NCBI GenBank assembly: GCA_013239625.1
Contig: MU053873.1
Coordinates: 1,192,524-1,256,523 of the forward strand
Source of the DNA: Lama guanicoe
Lineage: Eukaryota
Length of the DNA stretch: 64,000 bases
Direction: 5' to 3'
Positions within the stretch are counted from its first letter, which is position 1. Every line of letters starts with the position of its first letter. The notes beneath the pieces are model-generated. The model saw only the letters and a program-made list of their open reading frames with translations. It made no database searches and was not told the DNA's origin. The translations under genes and the position numbers were made by a program. Shown here one piece after another: positions 49,563 to 63,428 of this stretch.

Positions 49563-51704
49563 CTCTTTGTTCCTTTCAGTCATTAATTTCTGCATATGTT
49601 TATTGAGCTATTACATATAGCCCAGCATTAGGCTGTGGATTTTTCTGTAATTTCAGTTTAGACTTTCACCTTTTTAAATATGACATAATGATCCCCTGCA
49701 AGTGGAGATGTTTATCATCATCATCAGATAGTGTTTTATAAGCATCCATTCCTAAAACGTCGTGAATGTCACATCTAAAAGAAACAATTGTCATTCAGTG
49801 TGAATACAAACAAACAAACTACAGAGTTCAGCAAAGCTCTTGGTGATTTTCAAACCTTGGGCAAGAGAAATACTCTTGTTTCTTTAATTAAAAAACAAAA
49901 TAAAACAAAACCCACAGAACTTCCCAAAACTATCTCAGAGTTGATTGACTCGGAATGGTATGTATTTGTGTGGGTAACATCTTAAAACTATAGATTCTCA
50001 TAGACACTGTCCCACAGATCCTGATCCAGTAGTTCCAGGGATTTAAAAAATCCTGCTCAGGTGATGCTCATGTAGCCTGTCCCTGGCATCTCGGAATTGC
50101 AACTATTCTGGGCATCCTGAAGTGCATTTTATGATTGACTTAGTTTTCCCTGTTTTCTGACTATTTTATTTCCTGTCTGATAATTATAGTCAGGGCAGCT
50201 GCATAGGCTTTTACTGTTTGAGAGCACCTGGCCAGCACCTGGGTACTGAAATTTGGCCTGTCCTCTACCTGACAAGCAGTGTGCCATCTTTTTCTAACTG
50301 GTCTATCCAAGTGGCACCTTTTCTAATTTGAGTCAAAGTGTTATGTGGATTGGATTGAATCTGGCCATGATTGAAGCAGGTCCAGCTGGTACTCTGCAGA
50401 CTGCATTCAGCCTATGACATTTTATTAGGCCTTTGCCGATGTTTGTGCTTTAATGTGAAAACCCAGATTTCTTTGAAAAGTTGGAATATCTGGCCACACT
50501 GAGCCTATAACCTTGTAAGTCAGGGATTTGCAGGTGCTGAGTATAGGCTGCCTTCTTAAGATGGGCGATGTGTTTCTCGTTCGAGTCCCTACTGTTTAAT
50601 GTCTTCCTTTCCCCCCAGCCTTTACCTGTGTGTGTGTGACCTTCCTGGCTTGTGGAGGTACCTGAGTTGGCAGACCGTGAAGTAGACATTGGCATTTGGG
50701 AAAGTACATCTCCAGACCCCCTCAAATTCTCAGATTCTCGGGTCCCACTGGAACATCCAGGTTCATAAATATCCACAAGGAAAAAGGAACGGCTGTATCC
50801 TAGGTGGCCAGCAGGTCTCATTCATTAGACCATTGTCTGCCTCACGTGGACCAGCCTGGATTGAAGCGTGCTGAGGTGGTAAAGATTTGTGCCAGAGACT
50901 GGATCTCTATCTAGGTTACTCCAGGGAGGTCAAGACCTGTCACCTGAACTCTGAGAAACTCAAGGGTCTTAACAGATTTTACTCTTTCTAGATATTATAG
51001 GCAGTTGCAAATTTACCACTGATGACTTTGCAGAATTGGAATGTTTGATAACTGATTGTGGGCTTGGCCCAATGGGTAGTTATATTATGAAATGAGTAGT
51101 TTTTTTTTTTTTTTTGGTTTTCTTCTTCTGAGATACAGGCTGACCAGTGAAGAAATAAAGGGCTTTTTTGGGGGAAAAGATTATTTATTTAATTTTACAA
51201 GTAAGTTCAAGATGGTTTGCACTATAAAACACGAGATATGTAAAGGTAGAAATGGCTGAGAGAAGATAATACTAGTATGGTGACCTGTGGCCTGATTTTT
51301 ATTAGGATACATACTTGCCTAGAACATATTTTCTAGATTCTAACTAATTGCGTTTTGTTTCTGGGTCTGTGCTAATCTTCATGGATATTTTATATTAGTG
51401 CAATTGGTCACTATTCTGAGGCCAAGCAATAAGAATAGCAGTGATGTATGAGGTTCCTGCATTATGGGGAGAACAATGCTACTCTCACTCTCGTTCCTTT
51501 TATTTTATTTTATTTTATTTCATTTATTTTTTATTAACGTATAGTCAGTTTACAATGTTGTGATCATTCATTTCAGAATGATACCTATCTACCATCATTT
51601 TCCAAGGGTTTCACAATATGGGTTAGCCTAGTTAAGTGATTTCTTTAGTGTGAGATGTTAAATGGAATTAAAAACAATTGTCTTGTATTTTATATGCTTA
51701 CTAA

Positions 51705-51869
<165 letters not shown>

Positions 51870-52297
51870 TAATTCTTTTTTTCTTATGGAAAGTGCACTT
51901 AATTTCTTTCTAAACATTTGTCATTGATTAGTTTTTTGTTCTGGTTTTGTAGCATTCATTACGTTTTCATAACATTTATAGGGTACCTATTTGTGATCGG
52001 TATATTACTGATTTATTTGAAAATGATCAATTGATACGAATACTTTTTCCTTGTAAATTTTATCAGTGACAACTTTTTAAAAGCAGTTTTATTGAGATAT
52101 AATTTAAGTACCACACATTCACCCCTTTGAAAGTGTAGTTTAGTGGTTTTTAATATATTCACAGAGCTGTGAAACCTTTACCACAATCAATTTTAGAGTA
52201 TTTTCATTACCTTCCATAAAGAAATATTTATTGCATTTCTGCCCTTTTCAGAATAGTGACATCTTGGGAAGTGAGATGAAGTTGACCGTTGAATAGG

Positions 52298-52990
52298 GCA
52301 AAGTTCTCAAAAATTTTTGGTCTCAGGCCCTCTTACACTCTTAAAAATTACTAAAGACCCCAAAGAGCTTTTGTTTATGTGACTTAAGTCTACTGATATT
52401 TACTGTACTAGAAGTTAAAATGGAGATGTGATAATAATATTTATTAATTCATTAAAAGGTAAAGTCACTTATGCTAAGATGAGTAACATTTTTTAATGAA
52501 AAATAATTAGTTTAGAAAAGATTGGTGAGAAGAGAGGGATTATTTCACAGTTTTGCAAATGTCTTTGATACCTGGCTTGCTAGAAGATGGCCTGAGCCTG
52601 ATACTTGCTTTTTCATTTGGGCTTTTGTGATACCACATGTCATGGGAAGACTCTGAAACCTCATGAGAGAAGGAGAAAGAAAACAGCAGATAAGGGCAGT
52701 GTATAGCCCAGTGGTAGAGCACGTGCTTAGCATGCATGAGGTCCTGAGTTCAGTCCCCAGTACCTCCCCTGAATAAATAAATAAGCCTAATTACCCCCTA
52801 AAAGTAAATAAAATTGAAGAAGAAGAAGAAGGAGAAGGAGAAGGAAGCAGGAAGAAGGAAGAAGGAGAAGGAGAAGGAGAAAAGGACAAATAACGTCTTA
52901 GTATTATTTGCAAACTAGTATTGACTTTGTGAACACCTTGAAAGTCTTGGGATCCTTCAGGGGTTGCCTGATCATACTTTGAGAACCACT
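52298..52990. mobile_element. hAT-Charlie element (Charlie4/MER80-like) carrying a Vic-1-like SINE at about 52693-52810 and a purine-rich tail
   Basis: gttctcaaaaatttttggtctcagg...gaccccaaagagcttttgtttatg ... actttgagaaccact. Confidence 0.65.
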
Positions 52991-53889
52991 TCCTTTGGGA
53001 AGGTATTCAGGTTACCTTTACCCTGGTACACAGTGTCCTTCAGCCTCCCACCCCTCCCCAACCCCCAACAGCCCTTCTATTTATTGATATTTTTGGAAAC
53101 ACGGAGAAGGTAATAATCACCCATACTCCTGCCATGTAGAATCAGGTGCAGTATACGCTTGTGACCACCTGTGGGAGATATTTTAGTTTACGGACATTAA
53201 ATTCAGTCACTCGTTGTGTTTCCATATCTACATTGGCTGCTTGGAAGCTCATAGCCAAATTTGTGCCCACCCTTAAGAAATGTATGGGACTCTTTTTTTT
53301 TTTTTTTCAGGGAGGATTCAATACAAATCCTTTACTTTTAGCAAGGATCAGAAACGTACTTGAATGAGCCAGGTAACAAAAGACATTTACTGGCTCTTGT
53401 AACTGGGAAACACAGGGGTACAGCTGACTTCTGGCATGGCTGGACCAGGAGGCTGTTAGGGCTTTATTTCACTCTCTGAATTCTGATTATCTATTTGGCT
53501 TTCTCTGCAGTTGGATCTAAGGGCTCCCACAGTGTTGGCAGGGCTTTTGCTCCATCCCTTAATTCAGCTACTCTTTGCTGCCCTCCCATAGGATTGCTTT
53601 TTCTATGTGACAGGAAAAATGGCTTCCAGGAGCCCCGTCTTCGCATTTTCTTTTTTCTAGAAACCACAGCATAGAGAACCGTTTCACTCCCAACATCAGC
53701 ATTTAATTTCGAAGACAACCCTGATTGGCTCAATCTTGTTTACATGTCCATGCCACGGTCCTAGGAATGGATGTTTACTATTCAGATACTCCGCCAGACT
53801 CAGGGAAGATTTCTGAGGTGACTAATTAGCAGAAGAGGAACTGGAAAAGTGTTTCGCGCAGTTTTTAAAAAATTATAGTTACACGAAAC

Positions 53890-55480
53890 TTTATCTAATA
53901 CCGTATACAAAAAATTAACTTAAAATTAAACAAAAAAGAACCTAAATGTAAGAGGTAAAACAATGCAACTGTAAGAAGAAAACATAGACAACCCTTCATG
54001 ATCTTGGAGTTGGCAATAGTTTCTTAAATATGTCACCAAAAGCATAAGCAACAACAACAACAAAAAAGGAAAAGAAAAATTAGACTTCATCAAATTTAAA
54101 AACTTTTGTACATTAAAAGACTATCTAAAAAAAGCAAGTTTAATTAGAAAGTCAAGCTAATCATATGCAGATGGAGGTAAAATTGTGGAAAAAAATTTTT
54201 TTAATTAAATTTATACACAATGTGCTTTAAATAACTTAATTTTAGGTAATGAGTTAAATGCAATTAAAATACCCCATACAGTAGTAATACTAATGGGATA
54301 GCTTAAAAAAATAAAATGAATGTATCTCTTAAAAAAAAAAGGCTCTCTGAAAAACAAAACAAAACAAAACAAAAACGACTATCTGGAGAGTGAAATAAAA
54401 CCCATAAAATATTTGCAAATGATAAAATCTGGTAAGGGAGTAGTATCTAAAATAGATAAAGAACTCTTAAAACTCAATAACAAAAAGATAACCCAATTTA
54501 AAAATGGGCAAAGGATTTAAACAGACATTTCTCCAAAGAAGATAAAGAAATGACCAACAACCACAGGAGAAGATGCTCACCATCTTAGTCATTAGGGAAG
54601 CACATATCAAAGCACAATGAGATACCACTTCACACCAACAAGGAGGGCCGTAATAAAGAAACAGAAAATGACAAGTGATTGTGAGGATGCAGAGAAAATG
54701 GACCTCTTATACACTGCTGATGGGAATGTAAAATGGTGCAGCCACTGTGGGAAATAGTTTGACGTTTTCTGAAAAAGTTAAACAGAGAATTACCGTATGA
54801 CCCAGCAATTCCCCTTGTAGGTATATACCCTCCAAATTGAAAACAGATGTTCAGCAAAAACTTGTGCATGAATGTTCATTGCAGCTCTATTCACTAGTAG
54901 TGCAAAAGTGGAAACATCCTGTGTCCATCAACAAATGAATGGATAGACAAAATGTGATATATCCATAAAATAGGCTATTTAGCTATAAAAAGGAATGACA
55001 TACTGATACATGCTACAGCATGGATGAACCTTCAAAATGTGCTAAGTGAAAGATGTCAAGACGCAAAAGGCTACATATTGTATGATTCCACTAATGGGAG
55101 ATATTCAGAACAGGCCAATGTCCAGAGACAGTAAGCACATTAGAGGTTTCCCAGGGCTGGGGGCATGATAAAATGGAGAGTGAATACTTAATGGCTACGG
55201 GGTTTCCATTTAGGCTGATGGAAAACTTCTGGAACTTGATAGAGGTGATGATTGCACAATATTGTGGATGTCCTCAGTGCCACTGAATTGTATACTTTAT
55301 TTTATTTTTGGGGGGGAAATAATTAGGTTTATTTATTTATTTTTTAGAGGAGGTACTGGGGATTGAACCCAGGACCTCGTGCATGCTGAGCATGTGCTCT
55401 ACCACTTTGAGCTATACCCTCCCCCATGAATTGTACACTTTAAAATGACTACAATGGCAAATTTTAAGTTATGTGTATAC
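53890..55480 (+). mobile_element. L1 3' region (ORF2 end and 3' UTR) with nested insertions, including a Vic-1-like SINE at about 55296-55426 (-)
   Basis: acagacatttctccaaagaagat; tatgacccagcaattcc; gctacagcatggatgaacctt. The SINE is flanked by tgaattgta(t/c)acttt. Confidence 0.85.
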
Positions 55481-56224
55481 ATAGTATATAATAAACAAAT
55501 ATATCTTGGCAACTGCCTCGCTTCACCCCAAAACCCATAATGGTTATGAAAGTCTGTTTCAGGCAGATAGTGAGTGATTGATGCTCATATAGCCTTACCT
55601 TGGGCTGACCCTAGATTTGGAGAGTGGAGTACATAGGATTAACTTTAACTATGTACTGGGTAGCATTCTGGGTAGCAATCCTCCGTTAGAGCATCCAAAT
55701 TAATTGCAAATCTTCAAGAACTTGCTGCAAACAGGTTGATGGTGCACTTTCAGTTTTTTTAGGTACTGTGATTTTATTTACGGTGTAATTCACAGCATCA
55801 ATTGCTTATGTACTTCCACTGAAGATAGAGAATAAGAAAGGAAGAGAAACGTATCCATGAAAGTAACTCATTTGCAGACGCTGTTTACTGTTACTTGTTT
55901 CAGGCACTCATTTTTTAAAACTAGGGCTTGGTTGTGCTTGATGTTTCTCTGACCTCTCGGATAAGTCATTTCTCTCTTATTTGTTCTTAGTCTCTCTCTG
56001 AGAATCTCAGTCTGGAGTGACAGTAAGACTTAACTCTATCACTCAGTTCAAATTAAGTCTGTATTACTCAGCTCGAAGAGGGGAATTTAGAGCTGACTCA
56101 GCTTATGCCCTTGATGTTTTACCCTGGTGAGGTTTCTGAAAACAGTGGAAGGATGGTATGTTGGACTGTCTTTAACTTGTAATAGTTGAGGCATAGTGGG
56201 TCTCAGGATTAAAAAACATTCTAA

Positions 56225-56410
<186 letters not shown>

Positions 56411-56444
56411 TAAAAAAAATTTAAAAATGTATTAATTTTGGAGC

Positions 56445-56570
56445 TTTTTTTAGTGGGGGGCAGAGGTAATTAGGTTTTTAATTTATATTTTTAAATGAAG
56501 GTACTGGGGATTGAACCCAGGACCTTGTGCCTGCTAAGCATACACTCTACCACTGAGCTATACTCTCCCC
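56445..56570 (-). mobile_element. tRNA-derived SINE (Vic-1-like)
   Basis: ggtactggggattgaacccaggaccttgtgcctgctaagcatacactctaccactgagctata. Confidence 0.85.
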
Positions 56571-58402
56571 CAACTTCGCACTTCTTAACTTCCCCAGGTA
56601 ATTTTAGAGTGGTGATTTTTTTTTTTTTTTTTAGAGTGGTGATTTTCAATGTCAGAAATTTACATTGAAGAACACTGAAAATTTCTAAGTATATACAGCT
56701 CTTATCACTTACAGATAATTTGGTTCCCAAAATATTTGGTTGTGTGTAATAACACACATAGCAAGAACTACCTTCCACGTTGTCACAAGAGTGTTTTTAC
56801 AATAAATGAAAGGAAATTAGGGGGGGAAAATCCAGCCATATCCCTGCCACTGTAACCCCACAGCTGTTTTCAGTTTTCCCTTTCCTTCTAGTCCTTGTTC
56901 ATATGAATTCATGTTTCTAGATGGTTGAGATCGTATTGTGTATGCAATTTTGCATTCTGCTTTTCCACGTAAGCATTAATGTGTAAAGTTTTCCCTAATA
57001 GATCCTCCTTGATGATTGAATCTCTGTTTCACCAACTTGATCATAATTTTTTTAGCCATTGTTTGATCATTTAGATAATTTAGGTCATTTAGAAAATGTC
57101 TGATTCTTTGCTCTTCCTGTTAATGTGGTAATGCATACTTTAGTGTTTATAGATATTTAAAAAATCTTAATTAAATTATTTTAACGGTCCCTTTATATAG
57201 TAGCCATTCATTTTATTACATTTTCTGTGGTATACACTTACTGCATTGGTGAAATGGCCAAATGTATTGGTCTTTCAACACATGAATGAACAAAGTAATG
57301 TAAAATGTGGCCTGTAATCATGTTTTCCTCTGTGGCCAGCTGTTTCTGGCTATTATACTTTAACATTCTTTAAAGATCAATTTTTTTTTTTCTCCCTAGA
57401 CAATGCCATTCTCACGTAGCAAGAGGAATTTCCTTTCTGTGTTCACTTTGTTACAGATCTTTCCCCTGTGATTCTGGGTTTGTTTCCCATTTTAGGGGGA
57501 AGAAAATAACCTCCAGATTCTTAATGACTTGGAGCACACTTCTCCTTCTTAATTTCATCTTTCAAATCCTGTTGGAGTCTTTAGACTTCTCTGTTGTCAG
57601 AGCACACCCTGACTTGGTAATGAGTTTAACGGCTTACAGGAAGAGGCAGGCTTTTAAAATTAAACATCTGGGTTTCTTAGCCGAAGTCCATTTTACATAA
57701 ATATGTAATTCTATATCCTCTTTGCTTGTGGAGGGTGTAGCCCATGAGGTTGAGTAACTCGAGTCATCCTTCTGGAATTGGAATGGAGAGCAACTTCACT
57801 GCCCTGAAGCTTCCTCTTGTTAGAGTCTCAGTAAATATTTCAGCTTGCACTTGAAATTGGAACCCATGTCTGCTCTATTATTAGAAATCTGACTTGACAC
57901 TTACTTTAAACACTTTAATTGAATATCTTTTTGTCATGGTTTTTGTTTGTTGTATCATTTTTATGAATGCAAACAATTCCATAGCGGATGAGACAAGTAG
58001 AACTTACCAGGTAAGTTTGAGAACAGTGGAAACACGCTTGTTTCTGGCTGTGGGAACTGAAGCAAATGGCTTCCGCTCTCTGAGCCTCAGCTGCTCCACC
58101 TGTAAAATGGGAACAATTATAGAACCCAGTTCATCTGGGGATTATGAGGTTTACATGAGGTGACCCTTTTAAATAAAGAGCTTGGCAGAGAGCCTGGTCA
58201 CTTATGGAATGCTTACTCTTTGCCAAGCATGTTGTGATTTTAAGTGATTTATGTAATTCTTCCACCTCTACACCTTGATTTTGCTGTACGAATAGTGCTG
58301 ATTTTGGAACTCGGGCAGCCTTTACTCAACTAACTTGAACTGTAACTATTTTCTAAATATTGGGTATTATTATTATTAATAAACTAATGTTATTTATTAA
58401 AG

Positions 58403-58456
58403 GATCCAGCACTCAATGTTGAAACAGAAATAGAAATTTTGAAGAAACTAAATCAT
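58403..58456 (+). CDS. CHEK2: CHEK2 exon 7 (alphaC helix)
   Basis: attaaag / gtaagt boundaries; DPALNVETEIEILKKLNH; 54 nt. Confidence 0.95.
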
Positions 58457-61400
58457 GTAAGTATTGCTGTAAAAAATAATTTATACTTAAATTTACTTAT
58501 CTCAAAATATGGGAACAATGCAAAGCACTTTGATGTAATAAATCTCATATTAATCTGGGTTCCCTAATTGTATGTGTGTATGTGTGTGTGTACCTGTGTG
58601 TATGTGTGTGTATGCACGAATGCATGTGTTTAGCTGTCATTTAGCTGGGAAGAGCTTTACCCTGAAATTTTGAGAGGATAATACTGTATAAAATTTTCTG
58701 ATTAAATAATTGTGTGGTATTTCCACTGAATTAGTTCTGGACCAAAAGACATAGTAAATCTAAGTATTATATCTTATAGGGACTTGATCAATTGATTATG
58801 TTTGGGGAGGTAGTGCTAATTTGGTAAATTTGATTTAATTATGCCTGATTTTTTAACACCTCTAAATACCTCTTGCTGATGCTAATTTACAGTCATTTCA
58901 ATTCAAGTATATCAAATAAATACATGGGTATCCAAGAAGTATGACAGCATCCTGGTAGATTAAGTGGTGTCTGTGGCCTCACTGAGTATAAATAGTTCCT
59001 GTCTTTTTGGTGCAGTGATGACCTTGTCTCAGTGGAAAGTCTCTAAAGATGTGAGAAGAGAAAGAGTAGTGGGACTGGTCTCATCTTCCTTTTTATTGTT
59101 CTTTCCATTTCTCTGTTAATTCATGGGTCACCATGAAGTCATGAGCTACGTAGGACTGGAGTTCAACTTAAAATAAGACCTCTGGTCTGCTCTGCCAAGG
59201 ATGATCTGCTTTGGTTCTTAACTTCCAAACGACAAAAGGTTTCTTCTCCCTTCTCCCACCTGCCGAGGTCCCCCTAAGAACAAAATCACATGGACACAAT
59301 AATTCAGTAGTTTCCTTTAGCTTTCCAGGTGGCTCTGAAGACCCACAAGAATCCCAGAGATCGACCTTCCTGCTTGGCTTTCTTCTAATTCCCTTGCAAC
59401 TTCTCTCTCTTCCCTGAATGTGCCCCCTTTCCCCAACAGATCTGGAATCTCTTGTTAAAGAGAGGGGCCCTCTTATTTTCTGAGGTGGAGTTACTTCTTA
59501 CACCCCCCCCCAAGATAAACACTAAGAATCCTCAGAGGATTTTCTCTGATGTCAGAAGATCCCCAAACATAACATGTACACAAATCGAATATGAGAGGAA
59601 TTTTAAAAAGATCCTTGGAAGTATTTGTTGGCAATTTACAAGGGGACTTGGAAGGCCTTGGGAATTCCATATGGGCTCATGAGTGCATTTTGATGTTTGG
59701 GGACAATGAATAGCACCTAGTAAAGTCAGTTAGACCTCAGCCTTTGGAATCAGGCACTGGTTCAGTCAAGTGGGGGCTATTCATTGTGCCAGCCTGTTTC
59801 CTAGGCCTGGGACAGGGAGCACAAATGGACGTGGCCATCCTTCCTCCTGTGTGACTTTAGTGACAGACAAACCTGGGTTCCCATCCCACTCTATCACCCC
59901 TTGGCTCTGAGCAGGTCATTTCACTTTTCAGACCCTCTGTTCCCTCATCTGTATGATGGAGACAATAGGATACTTACCAGAGGTCCGTGGGAGCTTTGGA
60001 TGAGATGTGCTCCGAAAGCTCTCAGCACAGGAAACACACTCAGAATGGCGGTGATCGGTAATTCCCTCCCCTTTTCCCTGTAGGTCTGAAGTGGAGGTTT
60101 CTGGTTTGGTGACGTCTTATTTCTGGGAGACACTTTCAGCTGTGACAGCTCCAGCCTATATGGCCTTGGAGATAGTGGGGACTGGAGACAGATGTGTTGG
60201 CTCTAACTAGTGGGTCCTCTTTGTGCTGTCAGCTCCCAGCCCTACCCGTTTTTGGACGGGCACTGGCACTGCCTGATGAAACCAAGTGGACCAAGCAGTT
60301 TCCATTTCTTCTTCTCATCTCCTGTTCCTTTTCCATGTATGTGTCTTTTCTTCTTTTCCTTTTTTTTTAAAATTTTTTAAAAATTGAAGTACAGTTACAG
60401 TGTGTCAATTTCTGGTGTACAGCACAATGTCCCAGTCATGCATATACATACATATATATTCGTTTTCATATTCTTTTCCTTTTATTTTGTCAAGATACCG
60501 CATGTATACATCCAGAGTTGGACAGTGCTAAAAGGTTTTTAAATAGCAGCTCCACCTCCTTCCTAATCTCTCTTTGCAAACATTTAAAAACTTTTAGCTT
60601 TCTTTGAAAGAATTTACCTCCATATTTCTACATAATATACATAAACTGCAGTCTCTTGGTTTATCCATAATATCTTGCTGTCTTCCTGTGATATTATATG
60701 AGAATTTTAGCTCTTCTTTCTTTCCCATTCCTCTTAATATAATACTGCAATTCATACTCAGTATTTTCATTATTGTGAAATAAAAATGGTTATGCAGAGC
60801 CAAGTATAGTATGATCATAGGTAAGGAGAGGTGGAAATGGTTTGCCCTTAGTCTGACCGCCTTGGCTGTATATACTATGACCAAAATGCGGCTGGTGCAG
60901 AGCCTACCCTCAGTGGGTGGTGTGTGTGTGTTATTGATGTTGATGGTATGAATCTGGGCAGCATACGAGTGTCTCCTGTGTGCTAGCTACTATGCTGAGT
61001 GTTGGTCCTAGAAAGATAAATAAGACTTGACTCAGCCCATGCAGTACCTGGTGAAAGGAGATCCTTGGTGGGTGTCAGTTTCCTTTCTCTACCTGATCTG
61101 GGTTGTGGGGCAGCACAGATTAGAACCGCTGCAGGAAGTGTTCACCTAAATTCCAAGGGGGACATTTGAGCTGAGGCTTGATATCTGAGGCCAAGTATGC
61201 CCAGAAGACTGGATCACCAGGCCTGGGGTGGGTAGTGTGAGCAAAGATGTGACACTGGGAGAGAGTCTGGGGCAGGCGAGGAGTTTTGCAGTCTGGAGAG
61301 GAAGATGTATGGGACCAGCAGCAGGAGATGAGGCTGGGTTGGTGGGTTGGGGCAGGAAGAGTCTAGGTCTCGAAGGGCTTGCTAATCCTTCCTGAGAATT

Positions 61401-62646
61401 TGGGTGTTAGTCTCTAGGCAGCAAGGAGTTAAAGGATTTCTTTGTTCTTGCTGTCCTTCTTTCCCTCCTCAATTGCTCTCCTCCCTTCCTTCCTTTAAAT
61501 AACTTACAATTATATAAATTTGACACATGTAGATTGCAAGGCACACCAATAAAATTAACACCTTTGAATTTGCCATCATTTTAAGAATGAAAACTTGATC
61601 ATACAATTGAATCTACTTCATATTCTTTGAAGTCTTTCAAGCCTTGCCTTTTCTACTGGGCATTATGTTTCTGAGATCCACTGTGCTGGGGGACGCAGTG
61701 GGGCATTCATTCACTGTTGTCTAATAGCTCATCAGGGGAAGGTACCATGTGGAGGATCAGGATGATGAAAGTGATGAAATCTGCTTTGTAGGAATATCAC
61801 TCTGGCAAGTTTTGCTATTCTTTTTCATCTGTAATCTAAAAATCTTGTATCTCTCTTCCCTTTAATTCTGACATAACCATATCCTTTTCTCTGCTGGGTG
61901 GGTATTGTCCCACCACATCTCACCACATCTTTTGTGTACCCGGACCACTAGCTTTACTGCCTGTTGTTGGTGCTACAAAAACAACAGGTGTGTTTTCCAA
62001 GTATAAAATCATACCATTAAATATGTTTGGATCTGTACAGTGCTGTTCTCCCTTTCTTCAGCGAATGCACCCAGCATTGATCACACACTACCAGCCACAG
62101 GTGTGTGTGTCTGCCACAGATGTGCTTATGAAACTGGAATTTCCCTCTTCCCTGGAAAAATGGAGGCTCTTTTTTCAAAATCATGGGGTCCCCATTCCTC
62201 TGTGTGCCAGCTGCCTGGAGCTGAATAGCCCTGCTGTCTGGCAGCATGGCTGGGCTCCCCACCCGGCCCGCTTCCTTTCCTCCTGCCACTTGTCAGGCTC
62301 CCCAGGTTCCTTAGGTAACCTTGAGTACTTGTGCCCTGGGGCAGCAAGGAGGAAGGCTGGGAAGAGACTGGCCTTCCTTCCTTGGTGCCAGCCTTGTATG
62401 CGAAACATAAACTGCTCCCTTGCCAGCCTGGTGGGGTGGGGAGTTTCTTGTATGTTCTCATTAAGGAGCCAGCTGAGCTGTGTTCTGTCTCCTCCCCTGC
62501 ATGAACTTCAGGGTGTCCTGAGACAGGGGTCGAAATGCTTCGTCCTGGCCGCCCTGACCCTCTGGGTAGTTGTCCCGAGTTTTGCTTTTGTGGTTTTCCT
62601 CTTGGGGAGCGTCTCACTACTTTTCCTCTTTTTTCCCCCTTTGCAG

Positions 62647-62708
62647 CCTTGTATCATCAAGATTAAAGACTTTTTTGATGCTGAAGATTATTACATTGTT
62701 TTGGAATT
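62647..62708 (+). CDS. CHEK2: CHEK2 exon 8; gene continues beyond the window
   Basis: Long pyrimidine tract ttgcag / gtaagt; PCIIKIKDFFDAEDYYIVLE(L); 62 nt. Confidence 0.96.
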
Positions 62709-63428
62709 GTAAGTAGTAAACGGTTTGTTGATGTGTTCCCATTTAAATGCTTATAAGCCACCAAAGAATCTCGTGCTGGCTTGCATTTCTCATCCTGGGG
62801 ACCCTCAACTCATGTATGTGGTGGGGGCCCACAAAGTGTGTGTGGAGGGTTCATATCAATTCTAAAATCCCCCAGGGTTTCCAAAGGCAGGTGATTCAGA
62901 GGTTCCAGAGGCCTGGGTTTGACTCCTACTCTGCTGGCGACTGACTGCCCATGGGTTAGTTCAGTTCACCTCTCTGAGCCTCATATTTCTAGTATTAAGT
63001 AGGGGAGATAATAATACCCCCATGCACAGAGTGATAAGGATTTTATGCTGTGAGGGGTGTAAAGCCCCCAGCAAAGCGCCTGGCAAACTAGGTGCTCAAC
63101 CCCAGGTGCCTCTCGTTACTCTGAAATAATCGGTCTGGGTAACCCTTGCTGCTCAGAATCACAGTACGCATGCATGGTGACAACGGAATATCTTTTGGGT
63201 GCTGGTTTACTTGCAGGTTTATTGGGTGTGTTTAAAAGAATTTCCTGTCTCATCCCTGAAAGAGGCCTGTCTTGTTGTCTGTTCCTGCATAAAGATGCAG
63301 TGTTTCTGGGAACGGCTGTCATGGCAGAGAGGCAAGGCTTTGGTCCTGAGGGGCAAACAGTAGGTATACTGGTGGACCATTAAGATTATAAACAGCAGCC
63401 CCAGTCGTAGCACTAGGGGAGCCTCGAC

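Noticed and set aside
52816..52885. (GAA)/(GGAGAA) purine tract
   Set aside because: Ordinary simple repeat derived from a SINE tail.
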